Origin: Raillietiella orientalis
Lineage: Eukaryota
Length of the DNA: 64,000 nucleotides
Direction of reading: 5' to 3'
Assembly (NCBI GenBank): GCA_036172245.1
Contig: JAYWIR010000020.1
Coordinates: forward strand, 2,418,001-2,482,000
Below the pieces are notes generated by a model, which saw only the letters and a program-made list of their open reading frames with translations, did no database searches and was not told the DNA's origin. Every line of letters begins with the position of its first letter. The stretch's first letter is position 1. The translations under genes were made by a program, and so were the position numbers. Below are positions 41,065 to 51,732 of this stretch, piece after piece.

Positions 41065-43185
41065 GCTGGAGCACTTCCGTCTCGCAGTTCAGGCGATAGT
41101 TGAAATGGTCCACGACACGATTTGCATGTGCCCAGAGGAACGTCGAGTGTTTTCCGAATCACGCTCCTTGAATCTCGAGCTGCTTTCAGCTCAATTTTTT
41201 GCTTTCCAAGGGAGAAGCAAAGATGCTGGATGTCCCTCTATGGGGAATTTCAAGAGATAAAAGCGTTTGAAGTTCGGGAAGAAATCGCAGGGTAGCATCA
41301 CATGACGGCAGTTACAAAAACATGATCCGTAATGTTTTGCTGTTTTAACGAAAAAAAGCAACGATTGGATGGCTTTTGTTTTTTTTTTAAACTGTGCACG
41401 AAATCACTGGACCATAAAGTTCGAGGGGCTGAACAGACAGGCATCTTTCCTAAGCTTTTGTTCCCTCTTTTTTGTTTCCACCTGAAATCTCTGGAGGAAG
41501 AGCATCTTTGGCTCGGTTTGCTTTAGCTGACTTATGTGGCATGCAAAATCAGCGTAGTAAATATTATGTTCAATATTCGTCATGCTGATTGACTGTATCC
41601 AATATTAAGGGCATAAGTGATGGGAATTTCTCGGACCAGTTTCATCAGGTGAACCTTTGTGCTGTTATCAAAGTATCCACAAAGGCATAGCATCACCCAA
41701 AAATACGAAATAGCCTTTGATCATCCCCTGATGGAAGCATCGGTCATCACAGAGACTAGATGCAGTTTCCCGAAAACGAAGTAGAAACGGCTACTTGAGG
41801 AAACAGCCGTTTTGGATCGAAAAATCCATGCATGCTTGTACCACCAGGAGCAACAGATCTCTTGTCAAGTGGTGCGGAAGCTGACTGAAGGCTGCAGCGG
41901 GCAGAAGTGGGAAACCAAGAGAAGCCGAAAGTTACTCAACGCATAGCAAGGGAGGTCACGTCTGCGACCCTTGTGCTTTACTGCACTCCAAATTACCACA
42001 ATTCGGAATCCTCGGAAAGGGAAACTGAAGTGCAATTCTCTTTTACAATAAGTTCAATTTGGCAACCAACACATCTTGGGGCCTCAATTACCGTTGCAAA
42101 CTTTCTCCAGAAAAAGCGCTTCCAACTGCTTCTTGCACCTGAGTCTGCAGGCTTGTTCACGAACACAAGGGGTCCAACAGGGGGAATCTGTGTTGTGCGC
42201 TTGTGCTCTTGGCCTCATTTTTCTGATTTAATTGATTCCTTCGTCAGGAGGAAAAAACAAAACGGAAAAAAGGCTCCCAATTAATTTCACCCGTACGATG
42301 AAAGTCCAAAGGGTCGCGAAAAACGCACAATATTCAGCCGTGCCCGAAGAGCGTTCCGCAGTGGACGGTTGGGAAAAAATGTGTTTCCGCTCTTTTCCGC
42401 AGCGGCCGTGGACAATTATTACTGTCATTTGGAAATCTCGCTTGTATTCTAGGTATTAACCAAAAAAAATCTCTAATTCTACAGGAATTGCGGAATCTCT
42501 CGAAAGTTTCATGATGTCACCTCGCATACATTAATAAGCCCTAGCCAGTTAGCAAGCCCATGATGTAATTCAAATACCCATGCTCACGAAGAGCGGTGCT
42601 TTCAGCGTCTTTGATTTAATCAGATGACTGAGAATAGGAAATGCGCAGACTGGAAAATGAATTACACGAATTGCAGAGCACAGTACCGATCCCTGGAGTT
42701 TAGTCCTGATGTTTACCATGTTGAAACGTTAAAGGGTTTAGAAAACCCTTTACTGTTTTGTCATCACCATGGGAACCTTATGGAAAACATATGTATACAC
42801 GACTAATAATCGTGGAAGCACGGCATCCGTCATCTATGCATCCTTATACTATCCTCATAGAAAATGGAATGTATTCGTTAAATTAAGACAATATAATTAT
42901 AACAAGAATCCATCATGGCAGTGAAGTTTCCAGTGCTGTTGCGACACGGCAACACCAGGTGATGACATAATTACATTCATAACTGATGTCATTGCCAATT
43001 ACCCAGGAAAGCAGGTCATTGTAATTTTTCGAAATCTCCCTTGAAAATGTCTGGTCGCCTATGACGTTCTCTCCTTGCTCGTTCCTTTGAGATCGGCTGC
43101 GCCGTTTCTGACATGACACTCCAGCAGTGTGACACAGTTTCGCCTACAGCCCTAAATGTCATCTTTGCCGCGTGCCTCACCGCGA

Positions 43186-44362
43186 ATGCTGCGCGGTGAA
43201 GTAAACTCTCTCGAGGAGGAAAGCGATATCGCTCACCGCGCAAAAGTCGCTTTGGTCGGAGCGAAATTGGAACATCAACATCCCCCTGCACTTCCAGCTG
43301 ACAGCCTTCGTGCTCGAATGTGTTGATGGGCATTTTCCCGAGAGCATCAAGCTGGAAAACGCTTACGGTTATGACGTGCACGGTTTGGTGGATGCGGACA
43401 ACGTGATACAGGACTATTCGGCGAAACGTCCAGCGTTCAAGAAGAGCATCTATTGGCCGTGGAAGCTGTACATGCTTTCGAAGAGCACGAGCGTTCCCGA
43501 AGCACAGAATGTGATGGAAAATCCCAAACCCAGCTCGACGATGGGTGGTGTTTCTGCTGGCAGTCAGGAAATTCAAGGTACCCACTTCGAAAACGAACGA
43601 AACGCTGAATTTATTTCTTTCCAAGGTCTTTTCCCACCGAAGGATACTCGAAATCTGGATGATTTTCTCTTCTGGAGGAAACCAGAAAGCAGCTTCCACG
43701 ATGCGCACGAGATGCAGCGAACGGGCCATTCGAACCCCCACGGTTTCCACGGTTTCCAGCCTCCTACGTCTCTTTACAGATGCTGCGAGGGTTCATTCCG
43801 TCCTCAAATCTTCCAGTTCGTTCCTGATTCGTACAGGAGTTCGGCTTTCCGTTAGTGATTAACGAAACTTCTCCTGCCCCTCTATTCGAGCAAATGCCTA
43901 TTAGTTGTTCGTTCTTCCTCAGGGCCTTTGGAGATCCTACGAAAGAGCCACACCGACCACGTGAATGACGTGCACTTCCTGCATGACGCAGGCGCGAATC
44001 GGACCCGTTCTGAACTGGATCTGACCTGGAAAGATCTCCTGGACAAGAAGAAGCGCATTGCAAAGGGGAACTTTTCTGAGCCCAAGTCCGTGAAGAGCAA
44101 ACACTTGTACGTGTTCTCGCCAAACGGAACACAGGAGGAGAAGCGGGAGCTTTTGAAGATGAAACAAAGGGGGAAAAAATACGAGTTCATATTTATAAAG
44201 CTTCCTGCCTCATCCGAGGTCGTACGGATCAAACCTCGGCGCCAGACGAACACTCTGCTCTACGTACTCCCACCGAAAGACAACCTGAGGAGGAAGACGC
44301 TCCCATCACGGATGCTTATAGTTGCACAGAAGGGCACCAGAAGCAAAAGGCTGAACATCTGA
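43186..44362 (+). CDS. Twdl: Tweedle-family (DUF243) cuticle protein; predicted exons 43186-43200, 43298-43850, 43923-44362 (~335 aa)
   Basis: The last exon encodes KHLYVFSP...KKYEFIFIKLP...NTLLYVLPPK, matching the Tweedle/DUF243 blocks KHVYVH / KHYKIIFIKAP / KTLVYVL. Intron 43851-43922 (GTTAGT...ttcttcctcAG) joins ORF 43310-43855 to ORF 43928-44362 in matching phase 1. Acceptor cttcCAG at 43297 opens LTAFVLECVDG (signal-peptide-like). The first micro-exon (MLRGE|GTAAAC) is less certain. AATAAA occurs at 44615, 44789 and 44821. Confidence 0.8.
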
Positions 44363-47300
44363 ATATGAGCAACATGTTGGTGTAGGTTCTGTTGTTGTGT
44401 TTCTTGTTTTTGATGCCGAATTATACGTTGAAAGCACCGTGTCCATGTTTCCTTCTTGTGTTTTTGTACAGAAACCAAACGAAAACAAAACACATCGCAG
44501 TGCGTGAGAGTTTTAGGTCGCTCGCTCCGGAAGTAGTTGCCTTGGTCCAAAGGGAATCTGTGACTTTTGAGAAGTCGTCGTTGAAGAACAGGAATGGTTT
44601 GGGGAAAGAGGTGGAATAAAAAGCGGAAGATCAAGGCGTACCATCTGTAAGCAACCGTCAATATACAAGCACGATTTTGGCATGTCCTACAAGTGAAGCC
44701 TTTTGAATGCGAGATTGCGTATTTGTACGAACGGCGTTGCTCAAGACCAGAGCTTACAACGAGCGGCATCCCTTTTTTAACATACATAAATAAAGGGTGA
44801 TTTTTTTTTTCCCTGGAAAGAATAAATGTACTTTGTGATTTTTCCAGCCTCCACCCAATTCTTTTATCCTTGTAATTAGAAAGGTCTTCTAAGGCTCTCG
44901 CGAGCGATAGCTACAACCACTTATTATTCCTCAGCCTTTGGTAAATGTTTCATTTTTTCTAGTACTCCAAGATGCAAATTGCTTTCTACTACCAGAAAGA
45001 AATTACTTCTCAGTTGCACTTAAGAAAAAAAAGTTCGACCGTACGGAACAGCGAAATTATAGCCAACTAAGAAGCAAGGAGTTTGCATACGAATGAGCAA
45101 ATGGCAAAAATTTAGAGTCGATTGCAATCAAGCAATAGAAACCCAAACAGCAAAAATGCACACAAAGCAGCGAGTTGTGACTGAGGGATGAATGGGCATG
45201 TTTCCAGCAGGAAGCTGCGGCTAAATGATGATGGATTGATTAATGACGATATGCTTCCAAAATAAGAACAAACGAGACCACAGGCGAACTTCAGTAGTTC
45301 CGGGAATCGCTCTGCGTTTTCGGTAATATGAGATCACAGAAGCTCCACTGCGCGGCTCTCAAATAAGAATGCTCTTCGCTGCTTGATGGCCACCTAAGCA
45401 CTTTGGTGATTCAAGGGTGAAGAAGCAGAAGTGATGGTTTTTCTTCTCGTTTCTTGTTTCCCTTATCGAGATAAACCGCAGCCGAAAGGAAAATGCCTGT
45501 CGTTCTATTTCTCTTAATCATCGCACCTCTCTAACTCGAGTCGAATTTGTCATTTCACTCTGTGAGGAAGACTAAATCTTTTAGGGATGATAATACTTTT
45601 TTTTTTTTTTTTTTTTTACATCTGTCCAATAACTATTTCTCTGTAAGGAAGGTGTGGAACAAATCTATAAAAAACGTATGGGGACAAAGCTATAACCATG
45701 CCAACTCCTTGCAATGCAATAGGTCATGTTTATTTAGTATTTCATTTGCTTGGCTGATTACTCATAAAATACAGAAACAGCAGCTCACAACAAAATGATA
45801 AATTGGAGTACAAGACTTGACATCCCAGCACGGAAGCAGATCCTCTCACCCGATTCTTCCAAACTGAAATTCTCATTTGTTTCAAATATATTCCCAGAAA
45901 CAAATGGCAGCACGAGCGTTTGAGGGAGGAGCATTTCCCTGGATGCTTCTCGTTTTTCCCAACTGGACGCATTTTCCGATTTAGAAACACGAAAGCGCCC
46001 AAGTTTATAAGCACAGAAAGACTTGTAGGAACCAGTAGCATTACCATGGAAATCTGCACGTCAAATTAGGAAAAGAAGAGGTTTGAGTGCTGCTTATGTG
46101 TTTTTCCAAATTCGTGCCCAGAAAACAAAGAAAACGACAAAGTAGCGAAAGCCTACTGATCAGTATGAAACTGGGAACACGACTACATCTGCTGCATTCC
46201 AGGATGTTCAAAAGCTCATCAACAGGTAATTGATAGGATGGGTTTCCAACGAGAAGTTGAGAAAAAAAATATCGTACAGAGAATTTGGTGTGGAAAATCC
46301 CACAAAGGAAACGGCATCAAAGGGTTATTCACAGTGACACACCAAATCGTAGCTTTGATTAATAGTACGCAATTCAAGACGGGTGCTGCTCCCGGATGCT
46401 GAAAGGACGAAAAAGTGCTTTCCTGTGAAATGATCAGAAAATTCAAAGATTTTTCGATCGGCAGCAGCATGCACCGCTTTTAAGGCGATTCCATATGCTA
46501 TAGGCGTGGCTCGCTCACAATAAAGTGCACTAGCAAATCCTTAAGAATAGGATCAAATAGCTCAGGGAGATAGATACAAGATGAAAAGGTGATACAAATC
46601 TGCAGAATTATCTCTATTCGGCACTCCAGCACTCCTGAACACGGAAGGTATAACAGGCAGCATTCTGTGAACACTGAAGATGAGACCAAGACAAGGCAGG
46701 TGTGAGAATGCAAAGGTACACTAATGTGTATCTTATTTGGAAACACATAGCTGGAGTCGGGCAGCAACTCTGACATGGGCTCTCTGTAATAATAATACAT
46801 TCGGCTGACGAGCGGCCAGCAAGAGACAGAGATCAAAGTTTTTTTCTTTTCAAGTTCAATTGGCAATAGCCATTTATCATGCATAAAAACTGGACTGACC
46901 AGAGTTTCGCAGTTATTAGAAATGTATAAAAGCATAAAAATAATCGGTTAGAATCCTCTTCTCTTTTTATGGAGGGGTCGTCGTCTGTTTCTGCCATAAC
47001 GACGATGACTATATCGTACGAATCTGCCTCATTTTTTTCAAATCGTCATCAACTTTATCAAGATGGAGGCCTTTCTTCAAGTCAGCTGGAGACTGTGGAT
47101 TGCCATCGACTTTCAGGGTTCCTCCTCCTTCGGGTAGCTGCCTTTTGATTATCGGTTTTTCCAAATCCTCCTTTAATCTGTGACTAGCAAGTTTCTATTA
47201 AACGAAGCGTTAGAACAAGAAAGATTTTTACTTGAGATGAAAGGCGGAATTTCCATCAGGACGCACTTTCAAGCTGGAGACTTCAGAGCCAAGGAAAGTG

Positions 47301-48259
47301 AGCTTGGATCTTCCGTGATGGCTGTTTCTTGCTACAAAAGGGGAAGGAGAGAGTGGAAGAAAGCACATCCTAAGATGCTGCATAATCTCATTGCCAAGAT
47401 GCAATTCAATCAATCATCCAGATTGAAGCAGATGCACCCCATCTTTCAGTGAAAAACAGAGGAAACGAAGAAACAGTGAAAGAGACATACGCGAAGAAAT
47501 CACAGCTGCCCAAGAACAGTTATGGATCTGCGGTGCTTTTACGACGTGTTTCCCATTGCCGACCTGCTATCGTCTTTTCCCTGCGACCACGTCACATGGT
47601 AGGTCGAGTAAGCGGGGGACTTTTCACCAGGTGTACGGAAGTGCGTCACGAAAGTTCCAAAATCACGCAAGTGCTCCCAGACGAATTGAGAGAAAGACGC
47701 AATGCGTTTCAGGTGATCCGCGATGCTTGCAACCCGGACCAGCATGACCTCAAAAGGGGTGCCTTCCAAGTATGATCCCAGATGCGGAGAGGAACTTGTC
47801 CTGCCGATGCAGCCACCCACGCGATACTTGCTTTTCTTCAAAAGAAAAAAGCCATCGGAGGAATGTCATCATTCCTTCCCTTACGATACCCGCGAGGTAT
47901 CCTTGCCTGCCCATACCAGGCTTGGCACGAGAAGGAGCGGTTGTGCCACAGTGCTGCCTGGTTGTTCGAGGAGGAAGAGAGTTTGTCGCTGGACCCGTGC
48001 CGAATGCTCCAGAACCTTATCGAACGAGCTATCTTATTGGAATTTTCTCACAACACTGTGTTCTCGGCGCGTGCACCTTGGGGATGGTGTTTGCATGAAT
48101 CAGAGCAGGAAAACTCCAGAGTGAAGGATGACCATCCAGGGAAAAGAGAAAAAAAAAGAAAAGGAAACAGACAATGCCAAGATACTCGACTCCCGCCAGC
48201 AGCATCCACTGATATCAGCCAAACTGTTGAGTCGAGTTCTCCCCCGCTTTCTTGCAATA

Positions 48260-50560
48260 AATGAAAGAATTTGCGCGATCATTCTTTCATTAAGGGTGTC
48301 AGAGTTGGAGTAGCCCCACGCATGCTTGGCAGCGGAAACCCACCTTCCTCTCCACCCCCCATGCAGTCCATGCAGAATGCGCTGGCGCTTCCAGTGATTT
48401 CGAAATCCCTGGTCACTATCCACAGCTTTTCCCTCGAAGAAGGGAACTCGAAGAAGCGCGTGCAGAAGACACGAACAGAAGCCCCAAGACACCCTCACAG
48501 AGTGTACGCAGACAGCAGTTCGCAAACGAAAAGCAGGCAAGGACAAACCTTGTGCGTGCGCTCCGTCTTCGTGTGCGAACATTCCGAAATCCTCGTTTCC
48601 CATGCTGCTTTCGCCTGGATCACTTTCTGGACCGTCGCCTGTGGATGAAACAGTTCGCACATGCTCAACACAAATGAAAAGCGGCAGCCGCGAGCTTTTC
48701 GAGGGGGCTAGGCGGTTCGCCCTGCTCCTTGCCACTAGAGGAGGTGCTCATCTCAGAGCAGGCGCAAGGCGTGGGTTTCATCCCCAGCGAGACACTGAGA
48801 TACAAGCAAAATCCCCAAGAGGGAGGAAAGACCTAGATCGTGGGACCTTATGAGAGGCATCTAAAAGCGAGGAACGGCAAGCCTCCAGCTAGGCAGAGCG
48901 GTCAGGAAGATGGCGTTTCCTTGGACGCACGACAAAAATTTCTACCTCTTCCAGCGGAGCCCTCCTCGAGATCGAAAGGATGTGTCGCGTGAGGAGTGAC
49001 GAGAGAGCGTAAGGAGATTGCAGGAGATTGCAAGAGCGCAAGGAGGAAAGCGTCTCACAGGTAGCCAAGAAGCGCGCGGGGTTCTCTTTTAGATCTATAG
49101 CAATGTAGTTCGTCTTCAAATAGGGGAGCTTCACTCCGAGTTCTGCTCTTGCATTCTTACCAATAATCATCTTATATGCCAAAAAGAAACGTTGAGAACG
49201 CTTCTGGCCTTATTTGAAATCATGCTCGACCTTGTCCGCGGTCATGATGCCTCGTCGTGAACACCGGGAGGAACACGTTTTCACGCTCGATTCTCTGCAG
49301 CGGCGAGTGACTTCTGACGACCAGCGATCGCATGACAGCTATCCACGAAGAGGCTTGGTGTTGAGGTTGTGGGCTGGTGTTGCGGAAAATCTTCAAGAGA
49401 AATGCTCAAGAATCAACTCTCAGTGCTGCGGCGTTTTTCTCCTTGGAAACGGAAAGGGAAAACGGACCCCGCGGCAGTGTTTGAGATTCCTCCATCCCCT
49501 TCAGATTAGCTGAAATCAAGTTCAACTGCAGCTGACACAAGTGCTTCCGTTAGTTGGTTTTTGGTTAGTTGTTGGTTGCTTTTTAAAAGCAAGAAAAATC
49601 TCGAGAACAGCGAAAGCTCGACTACTCCCACTTCCCAAGGAGTGACCTTCCCCTGGAGAGAGTCGGTCGCAGCGGATGTACCTCAAGATATCAGCTTCAC
49701 CCACGCGTTTGGAGATCGTCTTTCCATCAGATAGGAACGCTGCCATGATTTTCTTTTCCGTTCTTAAAGGAAAGGAAAGCCCGTCGGCGAAAAATGGATT
49801 GCCCCCTGCCGTTGTTCTCTCCAGCACCATCCAGTGCACATCACATCTCGTGGGTGTTCCCTTTCACGCTCACTCTCTAGCGTTGGCTCCCGATTCAGTT
49901 GCGTTATCGCGCAATCACACACGACGGAAGAAGCAGAAGTAAGGATTCTTTGGTGCAGACCTCCACCGGAAATGAGAAGAATGTAGGGATACAGTCCGGT
50001 TCCGGGTACAGGCAACCTCGCTGAAGATTCCGAAGAGAAACCGAAGCAACGTGGAATGCCTGAGAACTGTTAGAGGAGGCAGGCCAGGATCACTCCATGT
50101 TTTCATGACGACCGCAGAGCCATGTAGCCCCCGATAGCCTCTCTCGTCACCCTGGCAGGCACGAAAGAGTGTCGTCCAAGCCTTCCAGGAAGTGACTTCC
50201 AGGAAGTCACTCACGATTTTCAAGTAGAGCCCAATTACCCCGAAAAAAAAAGCAGGCAGCTCTTCAGGAATCGGAGGTCTCTTGAGACTTCTGATCCCGG
50301 GAGAGCAGGCTGGATGAGAAAGCGGAGGTCATTGATCACAGAGCGGAGCAGCGTTTGCTGCCCGAGGCCTCTCTTCTTGGAAACCATCGTAAAGTATCCA
50401 TCCACTCCTGTTTCCAAGGAACGCGAAGAGCCCTCTTTTCCTAGAGGAGGCAGGGAGAGAGGAGAGATGAGGACCCAAAAAGGAACTCGGAGGATCCCAG
50501 AGTACCCGAGGGCTTTCAGAAGGGGAAGAGGAGATGTTGCGGCCAATCTGTTCCAACATT
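48260..50560 (-). mobile_element. Degenerate L1/Tx1-like LINE ORF2 between the two Tweedle genes
   Basis: On the minus strand: WSDP (SDH-like, ~50090), GNPFFA...AAFLSDGKTIS...ILRYIR (ORF2 linker-like) and DKVEHDF (KAFDRV.H.F-like, ~49230). Heavily disrupted. Confidence 0.5.
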
Positions 50561-51732
50561 CAGGCAGAAGGAAATCCAGCTGACGAAGACCCCAGCGCGC
50601 ATGCGCCCGAGAAAATAATCACCGAAATTGTTTGCTGGGGCGATGTCTTCCGGGAATTCGTCAACGAGGTCGCCATTTTCGTCTGGCAGGGTATCCTCGC
50701 CGTCTATCCCCTCTATCATGCTGATTTCCTCTTCGGGCAGGACCATGCCGTTCTCGACGACATTCTGGGTCTTGTCCGCATCGTAGCTGATGTGGTAGAT
50801 TTGGGGCTTCTCGGGCCGGAAGTGCTCGCCTTTGGAGAACACCGCTTTCGGCTTTTCGGACAGGAGGTAGATTATGGTGCGCTGCTTAGGGATCAGGGAA
50901 TCCAGCGACAGCTTCCTCGTCGGCGCTTTTAGAAAGATGATGTTGTAGTTCTCCTCCGGCATCCCGTGGCCGTTTATCACGCTCTGGGGCTCGTGGTCGG
51001 GAGCTATGTGCACGAATACTTGCTTGTGAATTCTCGACGAAGACATATTACGGTGTTTCCCGTGGTGATTGTGGTGGTCGTGGTCGATTTTCGCCAAGTG
51101 ATTATGAGGGTGGTGGTGCAAGGGGTACCGGTGGAAGTGAAGGAGAGAAGGAGGTGCCAGAGGAATCTCGTGAAGATGATGGTGATGCAAGCTGTGATGG
51201 TGAGGACGATGGTGGTGGAAATCGATGGCATGTCGACCGTCGTGGTGATGCTTCCTCCAGTGCTCCAGGACGAACGGATGCCTCAACGGGGCGTGCCCAC
51301 CAACCGAGGAACGATGGTAAGGGAAGTGGCTGTGTTGGAACATGTTGCTTTCATCGACATACGAACTTCCGCCCTGCATCTAAGAGAGACTGGGCATTCG
51401 GCAACTCTTGGTAAAAGTTCCGCTCCTACCAGTTCCGGGTGCTCATGCTCGAAGACGGCCTGTCTCTTGGTCTGGCTGCTGGAGTTCTTCAGGTGATCCT
51501 TCTCCTTTTCGTCATATAAGGAGGCATCTGAGGTGATCGGCTGTTCTTTCTCGGTCGAGTCGGAAGACGGCAAGGAAGCACTGCATTCTCGGGAGATAAG
51601 CACCAACAGGCTTATCAGAAGACACTGATGGAGACATGATCAGCAAATGCCTCAAAGGACTCGTTGAAGAAGGGAATAGGAATCGGGAACTGTGAAGGCA
51701 TTTACGCTTGGATTTACCGTTACATCTTGCAT
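50516..51732 (-). CDS. Twdl: His-rich Tweedle-family (DUF243) cuticle protein; predicted exons 51732-51718, 51624-51430, 51379-50516 (~357 aa; exact 3' end uncertain)
   Basis: ORF 50516-51379 contains IHKQVFVHIAP...ENYNIIFLKAP...QRTIIYLLSEKP...KPQIYHISY, i.e. all four Tweedle blocks. The upstream exon CLLISLLVLISRECSA is signal-peptide-like, follows acceptor ctccatCAG and ends at donor ctg|GTAGGA (phase 0). It joins acceptor tctcttAG at 51380. A putative first exon is MQDVT|GTAAAT. Confidence 0.88.

Noticed and set aside
43016..43750. 244-aa minus-strand ORF
   Set aside because: It is antisense to the plus-strand Tweedle exon, which has consistent splice signals.
50534..51496. Plus-strand ORFs rich in Val/Met
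   Set aside because: They are antisense shadows of the His-rich Tweedle exon.
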